DNA of 64,000 nt from an uncultured Chloroflexia bacterium (GCA_963783445.1 CAWANP010000020.1:651973-715972); one strand, 5' to 3'. Positions 53,138-62,332 are shown, numbered from the stretch's first letter. The notes: generated from the sequence alone by a model not told the origin. Numbers and translations are program-made.

Positions 53138-54055
53138 GTGGAAATCTTCTCCAAGAGTTGTTATACTGGCTGCATGATGAAAAACGGATTCTCACAGCAG
53201 GCCGACGACTATCAACGTATCGAACAGGCTATCCGCTTCCTGGAGGCCAACTACCGCGCGCAGCCAAGCCTGGAGGAGATAGCAGGCAGCGTACACCTCA
53301 GCAAGTACCACTTTCAGAGGTTGTTCAAGCGCTGGGTGGGCGTCAGCCCTACCCAGTTCCTGCAGTATCTCACCATCGAGTACACCAAGCAGAAGCTGCA
53401 AGAATCCCAGCGTGTCCTGGATGCCACTTTTGACGCTGGGCTTTCCAGCCCCGGCCGCTTGCATGACCTATTCGTCAGTTTCGAGGCGATCACTCCTGGT
53501 GAGTACAAACGTCAGGGGGCGGGTCTGGACATCGCCTACGGTTTTCACGATTCGCCCTTTGGGTCCTGCCTGATAGCTACGACTGCGCGGGGCATCTGTG
53601 GCCTACAGTTTGTCAATCGCCTTGATTCGGTGCCTGTCCTTCAATCCTTGCACGGTCGCTGGCCCCAAGCCAGGTTCACTGAACGGCCGGACGAAACCCA
53701 ACTGTTGGTCGACCGCATTTTTGCGCCCGTTCCTGCAAATCAATCGCGCCCATTTCATCTCTTGCTCAAGGGTACCAATTTTCAGGTAAACGTCTGGCAG
53801 GCGCTGCTGAACATTCCTCGCGGTGGGATGACCAGCTATGGAGATTTGGCTACCTACCTGGGCAATCCTAGTGCTAGCCGTGCCGTGGCCAGTGCCATCG
53901 CCCGTAACCCCATCGGCTATCTCATACCTTGCCACCGGGTGATCAGCAGTACAGGCAGGATCCATGGCTATCAGTGGGGGGCATCGCGGAAGAAGGCCAT
54001 GTTGGGCTGGGAGGCCAGCCACCGGCACCTGGAAGAGTTCCGCTATGCAAGCTAG
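53138..54055 (+). CDS. Ada-like AraC-family regulator fused to methylated-DNA–protein-cysteine methyltransferase
   Basis: N-terminal AraC HTH (SKYHFQRLFKRWVGVSPTQFLQ) and a C-terminal MGMT with active site PCHRV. The alternative start is ATG 53174. Confidence 0.75.
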   Translation: MEIFSKSCYTGCMMKNGFSQQADDYQRIEQAIRFLEANYRAQPSLEEIAGSVHLSKYHFQRLFKRWVGVSPTQFLQYLTIEYTKQKLQESQRVLDATFDAGLSSPGRLHDLFVSFEAITPGEYKRQGAGLDIAYGFHDSPFGSCLIATTARGICGLQFVNRLDSVPVLQSLHGRWPQARFTERPDETQLLVDRIFAPVPANQSRPFHLLLKGTNFQVNVWQALLNIPRGGMTSYGDLATYLGNPSASRAVASAIARNPIGYLIPCHRVISSTGRIHGYQWGASRKKAMLGWEASHRHLEEFRYAS

Positions 54056-54208
54056 CCTGTCGCAACGGGCGCAGGAGTTGTAACCAACACACTGCAAAAC
54101 TGCTGGGCAGCATTGCCAGGCAACACGCAAGGACAGCTCTCACCGACTTGACGGCGGCGGTGTGTTGTGTTATCGTGCTCCTGAAATCAAGGAGCAGGGT
54201 GGTGAGTC

Positions 54209-55030
54209 ATGCCCGAGTTGCCCGACCTGGAGGTCATCCGCGAGTACCTGGCGCCACGGATCAGCGATGCAGCCATCGAGGTGGCCGACGTGCGCCGCCC
54301 CCTGTTGGTGCGCAATCTGCTGGGTGGCGATGCCAAAGAGCACCTGGAGGGACGACGGTTCATAGGCGCCGGGCGCCGGGGAAAGTTTCTGCTGTTGCCT
54401 ATGGACGATGGGACTCACACGGTCATCAACCCCATGCTGGCCGGGCGCATCCGCTACGGCGAACCCCTCGGCCGCGACCGGAAGCGTGACGCCCTGGTGC
54501 TCCAACTGGCTGACGGCTGCGAACTGCGCTATCACGATGCCAAGGACATGGGCAAGGTCTACCTGACCAACGACTTGAGCCAGGTCCCCACCTTTGCCAC
54601 GCTGGGGCCGGATGCCACCGACCCCGATCTGACCTTGGACGTCTTCCGGGAGCGGTTGCGCCCGCGCCGGGGCGAGATCAAGGGCGTGCTCACCAACCAG
54701 ACCTTTGTGGCCGGCATCGGCAACGCCTACGCCGACGAGATCTGCTGGCGGGCCGGGATCTACCCCTTCCGCCGCCGGCCCACCCTCAGCGCTGAGGAAG
54801 TAGCGCAACTCTATGAAGCCATGCGCATCGTACTGGCCGAGGCCATTGACACGCTCCGAAATCGGGTGGGATCGGCCATCGACGTTGAGGTGCGCGATTT
54901 CCTGTCGGTGCACGGCAAGGCCGGACAGCCCTGTCCCCGCTGCGCCAACGATATCAGTAAGGTGACTCGGTCACGCCGCACGACGAACTTTTGCCGGACC
55001 TGCCAACCGGGGTTGATGATCAGCCGCTAG
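54209..55030 (+). CDS. mutM: Formamidopyrimidine-DNA glycosylase (Fpg/Nei family)
   Basis: N-terminal MPELPDLE, an H2TH domain and a C-terminal zinc finger CPRC...CRTC. Confidence 0.8.
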   Translation: MPELPDLEVIREYLAPRISDAAIEVADVRRPLLVRNLLGGDAKEHLEGRRFIGAGRRGKFLLLPMDDGTHTVINPMLAGRIRYGEPLGRDRKRDALVLQLADGCELRYHDAKDMGKVYLTNDLSQVPTFATLGPDATDPDLTLDVFRERLRPRRGEIKGVLTNQTFVAGIGNAYADEICWRAGIYPFRRRPTLSAEEVAQLYEAMRIVLAEAIDTLRNRVGSAIDVEVRDFLSVHGKAGQPCPRCANDISKVTRSRRTTNFCRTCQPGLMISR

Positions 55031-55074
55031 CGTACCCCCAACCGTCCAGATCTGTACCCGATTTCTCTGCCAAC

Positions 55075-55123
55075 TTGACAACCTGTGCTTGCTGTGCTAA
55101 AATATGGGTGACCGGTCACCCAT
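55075..55123 (+). promoter_or_regulatory. Sigma70 promoter TTGACA-17-TAAAAT with an abutting 20-bp perfect palindrome (putative TetR operator)
   Basis: -35 at 55075-55080, -10 at 55098-55103, then ATGGGTGACC|GGTCACCCAT at 55104-55123. The tetR ATG follows at 55144. Confidence 0.6.
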
Positions 55124-55143
55124 ATTTAGAGAGGATGTGCTCC

Positions 55144-55770
55144 ATGCCACGCCACAAAGAGTCTGAACGCCATCAAGTTCGGAGTGAAACTCAAAAGTTG
55201 TTGCTAGAGGCAGCGACAGCAGAGTTTGCCCGCGAAGGGTATGTGGGCGCGAACATCAACCGCATATCCAGGGCGGCCGGATTCGCCAAAGGTACGATCT
55301 ACAACTATTTTGACAGCAAGAGATCACTCATGCTGGCCATCATTGACGAGGTCGCCAACACTCATCTGACCTTCATCATGGGCCGCGTTCAACAGGAAGA
55401 GGATCCGTGCCGCCGGATGGAATGTTTCTTTGAGGCTGGCTTCGCCTTTGTGACGGACCATCTAGCTCAAGCACGGGTTATGATCAATACGCTCTATGGC
55501 CCCGACGTCGAGTTCAAGCAGCAAATGTACGCGGCTTATCAGCCGATGTTCCAGCTCGTCAGCAGGGACATCCTCGTCCCTGGCATCGCGCAAGGCTACT
55601 TCCGGCAGGTGGACCCCGATGCTACGGCTTTGCTGCTGATGACCATCTACCTGGGTACTGGTTCCCAAGTCAGCGAGGAGGGGCGCGTCTGGCTGGACCC
55701 CGGGCAGGTCGCCGCTTTTGCGCTGCATGCGCTCTACAGGAGAGAACCATCGGGCGCTGAGGTAGCATGA
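55144..55770 (+). CDS. TetR/AcrR family transcriptional regulator
   Basis: HTH LLEAATAEFAREGYVGANINRISRAAGFAKGTIYNYF. Confidence 0.8.
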   Translation: MPRHKESERHQVRSETQKLLLEAATAEFAREGYVGANINRISRAAGFAKGTIYNYFDSKRSLMLAIIDEVANTHLTFIMGRVQQEEDPCRRMECFFEAGFAFVTDHLAQARVMINTLYGPDVEFKQQMYAAYQPMFQLVSRDILVPGIAQGYFRQVDPDATALLLMTIYLGTGSQVSEEGRVWLDPGQVAAFALHALYRREPSGAEVA

Positions 55771-55771
55771 T

Positions 55772-56557
55772 ATGCAGGTTCTGGCCATTGTAGGCAGCTA
55801 TCGGAGGAGGGGGAATACGGCCCAAGTTGTGGGTATGATCGAGGCCCAGATGCGCTCGCTGGTCACCCGCAGCGGCCAATTGTTCGAGATGGAGACCCTG
55901 TACCTGGGGCGCGAGGATATCCGCACGTGCCAGGGGTGCCGGACCTGCTTTGATAAGGGAGAGGAGCTGTGCCCTCTGCGGGACAGTCTGCAGGCCATTA
56001 AGACCAAGATGAATGAGGCCGATGGCCTCATTGTTGCCAGTCCGGTCTATGTCAACGATGTCAGCGGGGCGGCGAAAAACTGGATGGACCGGCTGGCGTA
56101 CATATGCCATCGCCCAGAGTTTGCCGGCAAGTGCGCCTATCTCGTGGCCACGGTTGGGAACGGACCAGCGGCGCACGCGCTGAGAACACTCAACATGGCA
56201 CTGCGATCCTGGGGCTTTTACATCGTGGGACAGACAGGGTTCAAGACTGGAGCCTCGATGCACCGGAGTGAAGCAGAATCCCGCTATCTGAACAAAACGG
56301 AGAGTATTGCTCAGGAGCTCTTTGACGCCATCCATGAGCAGCGGTTTGCCAAGCCATCTTTTCTGTCCCTGATGACCTTCAATATTCAGCAGAGGTATTG
56401 GCAACGAATGAGCGAGGACTCGATCGACCTCGAATACTGGGAAACCTGCGGCTGGACCGAGCCCCACCAAGAATTCTATACTCCCCACAAATCCAACCGC
56501 GTGAAGGTAGTGTCCGCTCGCCTTGCCGGTTCCGCAATAGCCAGGTTTGTGATCTAA
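55772..56557 (+). CDS. Flavodoxin-like NAD(P)H-dependent FMN reductase / iron-sulfur flavoprotein-like
   Basis: MQVLAIVGSYRRRGNT; a Cys cluster CQGCRTCFDKGEELC; LIVASPVYVNDVSGAAKNWMDR. Confidence 0.65.
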   Translation: MQVLAIVGSYRRRGNTAQVVGMIEAQMRSLVTRSGQLFEMETLYLGREDIRTCQGCRTCFDKGEELCPLRDSLQAIKTKMNEADGLIVASPVYVNDVSGAAKNWMDRLAYICHRPEFAGKCAYLVATVGNGPAAHALRTLNMALRSWGFYIVGQTGFKTGASMHRSEAESRYLNKTESIAQELFDAIHEQRFAKPSFLSLMTFNIQQRYWQRMSEDSIDLEYWETCGWTEPHQEFYTPHKSNRVKVVSARLAGSAIARFVI

Positions 56558-56617
56558 GTCTGTTGGTCCGAAGGGCTGCCTGCAGCCCGATCCATAGCTC
56601 GTCTGGGAGGTCTATAG

Positions 56618-57076
56618 ATGAATGCCCTGGTTGTTTACCTTTCCAATTTTGGCAACACCCAACAGGTCGCCGAAGCGATCGCCGGGACGATTGGTTCGGA
56701 AGGAGCGGCCTCTGTAATTTCCATGGACGAGATGACCGTCTCTGACCTGACCGGGTGCGATCTTGTGATCATGGGCAGCCCCACGCATCGTATGAGCCTG
56801 CCGGAGGCGGTTCGACCTGTCTTCGAAACATTGCCTCGACGAACCTTGCGCGGCACACCGGTGGCGGCTTTTGATACCTCTTACAAGATGTCTGCCTGGC
56901 TGGCCCATTTTACGGCCGCCCGCAAGCTGGACAGAAGGCTTCGCAAGCTTGGGGGCAAGCGCGTCGTCCCACCAGAGACCTTTCATGTTGTTGAGCGCGA
57001 AGGCCCCCTGTACGACGGCGAGATCGAGCGGGCGAGAGCCTGGACCAGATCGATCCTCAAGCAGCTAACCCAATGA
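56618..57076 (+). CDS. Flavodoxin-like protein
   Basis: MNALVVYLSNFGNTQQVAEAIA ... LVIMGSPTH. RBS GGGAGG upstream. Confidence 0.6.
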   Translation: MNALVVYLSNFGNTQQVAEAIAGTIGSEGAASVISMDEMTVSDLTGCDLVIMGSPTHRMSLPEAVRPVFETLPRRTLRGTPVAAFDTSYKMSAWLAHFTAARKLDRRLRKLGGKRVVPPETFHVVEREGPLYDGEIERARAWTRSILKQLTQ

Positions 57077-57111
57077 TTGCTGAGGAACCTTCCTGATGGG
57101 TTCTCTGTCTT

Positions 57112-57215
57112 ATGGCTAGATTGGAGCGCCCCTCTCGTAGAACGCCTGTACTTCCCGGGCTGAGGGCAACGAGGTCTGGGCGCCGAGCTTGGTTCGCTGT
57201 GCCAGTGTGCCGGCA
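57112..57215 (-). pseudogene. 3' remnant of a second ribokinase gene (about 30 codons)
   Basis: Translates as ...LAQRTKLGAQTSLPSAREVQAFYERGAPI*. The intact rbsK C-terminus at 59836 reads ...TKFGAQTSLPSAEEVQAFYERGTPT*. Confidence 0.6.
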
Positions 57216-57529
57216 CACTGGCACAGCGAACGGCCCAACAGGCTTCCTGGATGAACCAGGTGGAAAGACTTGATCGCCAAGATGCTGGCCCTCATCGCCT
57301 ACGACAACCGCACGATGGCGAAACCATTCAGATAGACGCGCAGGGGCAAGTCCCTTGTCGCCTAATCAGTGGCCTATTTCAGCCAAGAGCACTAGCAGCC
57401 TGTCTTGTGACAGCCGCACTTGGTATTTTGCCGTAGCTATGGTATCATGGTTTATGTGCAGTACGCTGAGCTTGAAGCCCCGCGGGTGATCTGATCAAAC
57501 GAACTGCCTGGGCAAGGAGGTTGTGCGAT

Positions 57530-58324
57530 ATGAGGGTGGTGTATGCGATCTTGGTGTGGTTCGTACTCGTCTTGGCGCTGGCCTCCGTGCTCTATTTTGT
57601 GCTTGGCACTACTGCTGTGTTGGCTTTTGGGGGGAGCTTGATCGGCTCTGCCCTGGCAATGCTCGTCGTCTTCAGGGTGGTGGAAGTTGAGGGCTATGAG
57701 CATTTGATCATCCGGCGAGGTGGTAACTACCGGGATCCTGGTGTGCAAGGTGGTAGGTTCTTCCTGATTCGAACCGTGGATGTTCCGATCCGTGTGGACA
57801 TGCGCCCGCGCACTGAGACTGTGGAGTCGATCGAATGTTTCACCCATGAGGGCATCGATCTTGACGTCAGTTATTTCCTGATCTGGCGGGTCATAGACCC
57901 TCTGGCTTTCTTGCGTGATAGCCCAGGGCCAGAGGCGACGCCATCTGTGTTAGGTCAGGTGGCTACGCAAACCTTGATGGACGCGGTGGGACGGCTAAGC
58001 TATAATGATGTCCTCCAAAGAAGACAGGGGCTAGTCAGGGCCTTGCGTGGTACCCTTAGGGCGCTGCCTGACATTGCCGACTGGGGGATCGAAATAGTCC
58101 AGGTTGGATTGGGAGAAACCAAGCTGCCACAAGACATCGCAGAGGCCATGGCCAGACAGGTAGCCGCCACCTTGATTGCGCAGGCAAGGCTCACCGAGGA
58201 TCTTGGCGCCGCACGAGCCATAGGGCAAATGCCAGCCATGGTGCAGGACCCTGGTATGGTGGATCGAGTGGTCTTGCTGCAGATCATGCGGAGTATTGCG
58301 GATGCGCTTGGTCAACGGAAGTGA
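57530..58324 (+). CDS. SPFH/band-7 domain membrane protein
   Basis: RBS AAGGAGG 9 nt before the ATG. N-terminal TM segments then an SPFH core (ECFTHEGIDLDVSYFLIWRVIDPLAF). Confidence 0.7.
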   Translation: MRVVYAILVWFVLVLALASVLYFVLGTTAVLAFGGSLIGSALAMLVVFRVVEVEGYEHLIIRRGGNYRDPGVQGGRFFLIRTVDVPIRVDMRPRTETVESIECFTHEGIDLDVSYFLIWRVIDPLAFLRDSPGPEATPSVLGQVATQTLMDAVGRLSYNDVLQRRQGLVRALRGTLRALPDIADWGIEIVQVGLGETKLPQDIAEAMARQVAATLIAQARLTEDLGAARAIGQMPAMVQDPGMVDRVVLLQIMRSIADALGQRK

Positions 58325-58361
58325 CTGCTCTTGGCAGTCTGGCTCGTCGGGATAAAGCCTG

Positions 58362-59624
58362 CTATTTGCGCCTTAGCTCATAATATTGGTCTAATAGGCT
58401 GACGAACTCCTTGGCTGCTTCGCCACTTGCCTCTGTCTGCGGTGGCTGCCGGACCCGTTCCCAACGCGCCGAGATCTCTCTGATAACTTCCTGGGGCTCC
58501 GGTGTATCCTTGAATGTAAAAGCCCCCATGCGCCCAGCGGTTTCAACAAGGACATTGCCAAAGCCAAGTAAGCGGGAAATCAGATTCGGTTGAACATAGT
58601 GTATATTCTGGATCATGATCAAACGAGTCTCCCGCCGGTCCTCGGAGAACAGTGGTTTCTTCTCAATGTCCACGAGCCGATCATCAGTGACTATGTAAAT
58701 ATCATTGTACCAGTCTACGATTTGCCAGATCAGCCAAAAGATGGTGATGACAGATATCGCCACAGCAATATAGTCAACGATCGGGGCAGGTATCAAAATC
58801 AGGACAAAAAGTGCTACTGCGGTGGCGACTACAGGCAAAAAGACTGCCTTCAATAGTATCCACCAGTGCCTGTGCCAGATCCTTTGATTCGTTCCCACAA
58901 CGGGATGATAAAAAACCATATCGCGAAGGATATTCGAGCCAGAATCTGCCGCTGGGCTGTCTCCCTTTTCGCCCCCTGCAGTGGGTTGGGTGGGAGTAGG
59001 CCCGGAGTTGGGCTGCAACGATTCAACCGATAGCCTCAAAGCATCAACCAGTTGATCCATGGGTCCCGATTGTCGTTGAGGTCCCTGAACTGCTGCGACC
59101 AGAGCAAGTAGCCTGGCTTGCACTTGATTGGGGTTGCTCACAAAATGAAATCTGAGCTGCCCCGCCATACCTGCAGTCTGTACGATCACATGCCCAACCT
59201 TGAGTAGAACGGCCAAGGGGTTTGGAAAGACAACTTGTACATCCTGTACTCGGTCGAGCTGTGCTTCGTTCAGCCTCTCATAGATAAAGGGTTGCTTCAC
59301 AAAGTCCAGCACGCGTCGGTTGGTGACTATGTCATAGCTATAGTACCAGAGGGCATATCGCCAGGCCAGCCAGATCACCGGTGGAGCAACAAGGGCGAGT
59401 CCGATTGGCGCAATCCAGATATAGTCCACTGAGGAATAGGCAAGTCCAGCAATTATTAGCGCCAAGGCCATGAACGTGAGCAGCAAAGGGGGTAACAGCC
59501 TCCATACAAGGAACACGGGATGACTGCGGAGGAAGATCTCTATTTGCTCACCCCTTTGCCTCCCAGGAATGTCCCTTGTTGCTGCCATCAATACCTCCTG
59601 AACTCGGCTTTGGCTCTGAAGCAC
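58362..59624 (-). CDS. Membrane protein with two tandem bacterial PH (bPH_2/YdbS-YdbT-like) domains
   Basis: Two TM-hairpin plus PH modules (IVTNRRVLDFVKQPF...LKVGHVIVQTAG and IVTDDRLVDIEKKPL...FGNVLVETAG). Confidence 0.65.
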   Translation of the reverse strand: MLQSQSRVQEVLMAATRDIPGRQRGEQIEIFLRSHPVFLVWRLLPPLLLTFMALALIIAGLAYSSVDYIWIAPIGLALVAPPVIWLAWRYALWYYSYDIVTNRRVLDFVKQPFIYERLNEAQLDRVQDVQVVFPNPLAVLLKVGHVIVQTAGMAGQLRFHFVSNPNQVQARLLALVAAVQGPQRQSGPMDQLVDALRLSVESLQPNSGPTPTQPTAGGEKGDSPAADSGSNILRDMVFYHPVVGTNQRIWHRHWWILLKAVFLPVVATAVALFVLILIPAPIVDYIAVAISVITIFWLIWQIVDWYNDIYIVTDDRLVDIEKKPLFSEDRRETRLIMIQNIHYVQPNLISRLLGFGNVLVETAGRMGAFTFKDTPEPQEVIREISARWERVRQPPQTEASGEAAKEFVSLLDQYYELRRK

Positions 59625-59689
59625 ATTATACTACAGTTCCCAGTTCTGCAAAAACTCATACACTACGTATTCGTCTGCACTTTGCAGAA

Positions 59690-59835
59690 TGATGGGTGCC
59701 TGGAGAAATATCTCGGCCGTGCGAAGGTGTCGTCGACCCGCCCTGCCGGTTCAGAAATAGACAGGTCTGTGATCCAAGCGCGTTGGCCCAGAGGGCTGCG
59801 TGCAGCCCCGATCCATAGCCCGTTGTGCTCTGTTT
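59690..59835 (+). pseudogene. Decayed 3' remnant of an FMN-reductase-like gene, paralogous to the end of 55772-56557
   Basis: About 85% nucleotide identity with 56518-56602. Translates as ...KVSSTRPAGSEIDRSVI; the intact gene ends ...KVVSARLAGSAIARFVI*. Confidence 0.45.
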
Positions 59836-60762
59836 CTACGTTGGAGTGCCTCTCTCGTAGAAGGCCTGCACCTCCTCGGCCGAGGGCAATGAGGTTTGCG
59901 CGCCAAATTTGGTCGCCGCCAGTGTGCCAGCACAGGTCGCGTAGCGGACCGCCTCCTTCAGGGGACGGCCCTGGACGAGGGCCAAAGCGAGCCCACCATT
60001 GAAGGCGTCGCCAGCTGCCGTGGTATCCACAGCGTCCACCTGCCAGGTGGGCACGTGGAAGGCTTGCTCCCCGGTCACCACCAGGGCCCCCTTCTCGCCC
60101 AGAGTGACAATGACTACGGGCACGCCGTAGCCCAGTAGCTTCCGCGCGGCTCCCTCGGCCGAGGCCAAATCCCTGACCTCTACTCCGGTCAGCATGGATG
60201 CTTCAATCTCGTTGGGAACCAAATAGTGTACCTGGGATAGGAGTTGTGGCGATACGGCCCGCGCCGGGGCCGGGTTCAGGATGACTTTCACCTCGTGGTG
60301 GGCAGCCTTTGCCATCGCATATGCGACTGTCTCCAATGGAACTTCAAATTGCAGCAGCAACAGTTTGGCCTGGGGCCACAGCCCAGCAAGGGGGTCGATG
60401 TCCTGCGGGCTCACTCGGAGGTTGGCGCCGCCTGCCACGACGATGCTGTTTTCTCCTGTCTGGTCGACGATGATCAGGGCAATACCGGTTGCCGCCTTGC
60501 CGTCTACCCGAACCGGGCTGGCATCCACCCCTTGCAGGATCAAGTTTTCGACCAGGGCTGTTCCAAAGTCATCATCGCCTACCCGCCCGGCCATCGCTAC
60601 CCAACCACCCAACCGGGCGGCTGCTACCGCCTGGTTGGCTCCCTTGCCCCCGGGGATGGTTTGAAAGCCATGGCCTGGTATCGTCTCCCCCGGCAAGGGC
60701 ATCCGATCTGCTTTGATCACCAGATCCATGTTCAGGCTGCCCACGACTATGATTTCCGCCAT
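59836..60762 (-). CDS. rbsK: Ribokinase
   Basis: MAEIIVVGSLNMDLV ... GGKGANQAVAAARLG ... DTTAAGDAFNGGLA. Confidence 0.85.
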   Translation of the reverse strand: MAEIIVVGSLNMDLVIKADRMPLPGETIPGHGFQTIPGGKGANQAVAAARLGGWVAMAGRVGDDDFGTALVENLILQGVDASPVRVDGKAATGIALIIVDQTGENSIVVAGGANLRVSPQDIDPLAGLWPQAKLLLLQFEVPLETVAYAMAKAAHHEVKVILNPAPARAVSPQLLSQVHYLVPNEIEASMLTGVEVRDLASAEGAARKLLGYGVPVVIVTLGEKGALVVTGEQAFHVPTWQVDAVDTTAAGDAFNGGLALALVQGRPLKEAVRYATCAGTLAATKFGAQTSLPSAEEVQAFYERGTPT

Positions 60763-60791
60763 CGACAGACTCCTCTCAGAGTAGGTGGCGG

Positions 60792-61427
60792 CTATCTTGC
60801 CAGGATCTGCTGTGCGATGCTGGCGACCGCCTGTCCCAACTTGCGCTGTTCGTGCAAATCGAGGTGGATCCCGTCGAGGTCGCTGGAGACGATGGCTTCG
60901 GCGGCATCAAAAAAGTCGCAACCGTGATCCTCAGCAACCAGGCGGTAGTGCTTGCCCAGCCCCTGGGATTTGAGCGCGCCTCCTCCGAACATTTCGGAGA
61001 AATCGGACATTGCCCCAAAGGGCGGTGGTGCTATGAGCAGGACTGCCGGCGAACTGCCCCCGCGGCCCGTCTCGCTCTTCAGGGCGATATCGACCAGGAC
61101 GCCGGCTCCGGCTGCGACGTCACAGGCCGGCAGGGAAAAGCGGGCTTTCAGGTCGTTGGTCCCCAGCATAATGATGACCAGGTCGAGGGGCTTGTGTGTT
61201 TCCAGGCAGGGGACCAGGTATTCCCTGCCGTTCTTGTAGCCTTCGATGGGATCGTCCCATACCGTTGTCCGTCCGTTCAGGCCTTCTTCGATGACCAGGT
61301 AGCCGTCGCCCAATCTCTGCCTGAGGACGCCGGGCCAGCGCTCATCCCGGGCATAGCGGTCCTCCGTGGCCGGATTCCAACCCCACGTATTCGAGTCGCC
61401 GTAGCAAAGGATCGTTTTCGTACTCAT
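60792..61427 (-). CDS. SGNH/GDSL hydrolase family protein
   Basis: ILCYGDSNTWG, GLNGRTT and GTNDL blocks. Start at MSTKTIL. Confidence 0.7.
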   Translation of the reverse strand: MSTKTILCYGDSNTWGWNPATEDRYARDERWPGVLRQRLGDGYLVIEEGLNGRTTVWDDPIEGYKNGREYLVPCLETHKPLDLVIIMLGTNDLKARFSLPACDVAAGAGVLVDIALKSETGRGGSSPAVLLIAPPPFGAMSDFSEMFGGGALKSQGLGKHYRLVAEDHGCDFFDAAEAIVSSDLDGIHLDLHEQRKLGQAVASIAQQILAR

Positions 61428-61587
61428 GCTTTGCCATTCTCCCCTCATTGTGCCCGAAGGTACGTGTTCAAGCATCCGCTCGGGTCTGCATCGCTAGTAT
61501 ACACCATTTGGGCCCATTTGCCCATCCACTTTTCAAGGCGGATCAACTTGCCGCCACAGGGCTAGCCCCAGTCCCAGCTAACAAAGA

Positions 61588-61649
61588 TTTGACACCTGTG
61601 GTGACTTGATGTATAGTGTAGGTCAAAGTTGCAAATGCGAATCATTTGC
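61588..61649 (+). promoter_or_regulatory. Sigma70 promoter TTGACA-17-TATAGT plus downstream palindrome TGCAAATG-CGAAT-CATTTGCA (putative Fur-family box)
   Basis: -35 at 61588-61593, -10 at 61611-61616, inverted repeat at 61629-61649. The fur-family ATG follows at 61699. Confidence 0.6.
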
Positions 61650-61698
61650 AGTTTGAGCATTGTAGACCACAGGCGGCAGCATCGAGGCCGGGAAGTCG

Positions 61699-62199
61699 AT
61701 GGACGATCTGGTAGTCGTTGGCGAGCGCCGCTTGAGAGCGGCAGGCAAACGGATCACGCCCCAGCGCAAGTTGGTTCTGACCATCTTGGCTCAGGCCAGT
61801 GAGAATCTTGGCGCTGGGCATCTGGATGCCGGGCACCCAGATCCTGGGCATCTGGATGCCTACGATATTTATGAACGTGGCCGGCGTCAGGATGTGAGCC
61901 TCAGCCTTTCCACGGTTTACCGGACACTGAGCGTCCTCAAAGAGGCCGGGGTGGTGCACGAATTGCATTTGGACGAGGAGCACCACCACTACGAGTTGGA
62001 CAGCAAGGATGAGCATTCTCACTTGGTGTGCCTTGCCTGCGGCCGGGTGATCGAGATAGACATCGCTGTCTTTTCTGAAGCTGCAATGGTAGCAAGTGAG
62101 GCTCATGGCTTTGAGATTGCCAGTACACATGTAGAACTGGCTGGTTATTGTGTCGATTGCCGCCATCGCGGGCTGAATGGGTCTGCCCAGCCAGGCTGA
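61699..62199 (+). CDS. Fur-family transcriptional regulator with a 10-aa in-frame internal duplication
   Basis: RITPQRKLVLTIL ... STVYRTL and C-terminal metal sites HHHYE...CLACG...CVDC. A direct 15-nt repeat GGGCATCTGGATGCC occurs twice (GHLDAGHPDPGHLDA). Confidence 0.75.
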   Translation: MDDLVVVGERRLRAAGKRITPQRKLVLTILAQASENLGAGHLDAGHPDPGHLDAYDIYERGRRQDVSLSLSTVYRTLSVLKEAGVVHELHLDEEHHHYELDSKDEHSHLVCLACGRVIEIDIAVFSEAAMVASEAHGFEIASTHVELAGYCVDCRHRGLNGSAQPG

Positions 62200-62332
62200 G
62201 AGCGGCTCCTGGAAGGGCCTGGGCTCGTTTTTCTTGAAGCTTGTCCTGTAAAAACGAGCCAGTTGCCGGCGTTGGCCACTGGGGTCGAGATGGTGCAGGC
62301 GCTGTGGAACCAAATCTGCTACGGGAAAATAT

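Noticed and set aside
59520-60002. 160-aa plus-strand ORF spanning the duplicated junction
   Set aside because: It reads through a decayed gene remnant and runs antisense to the rbsK 3' end. It is explained by the paralogous remnant.
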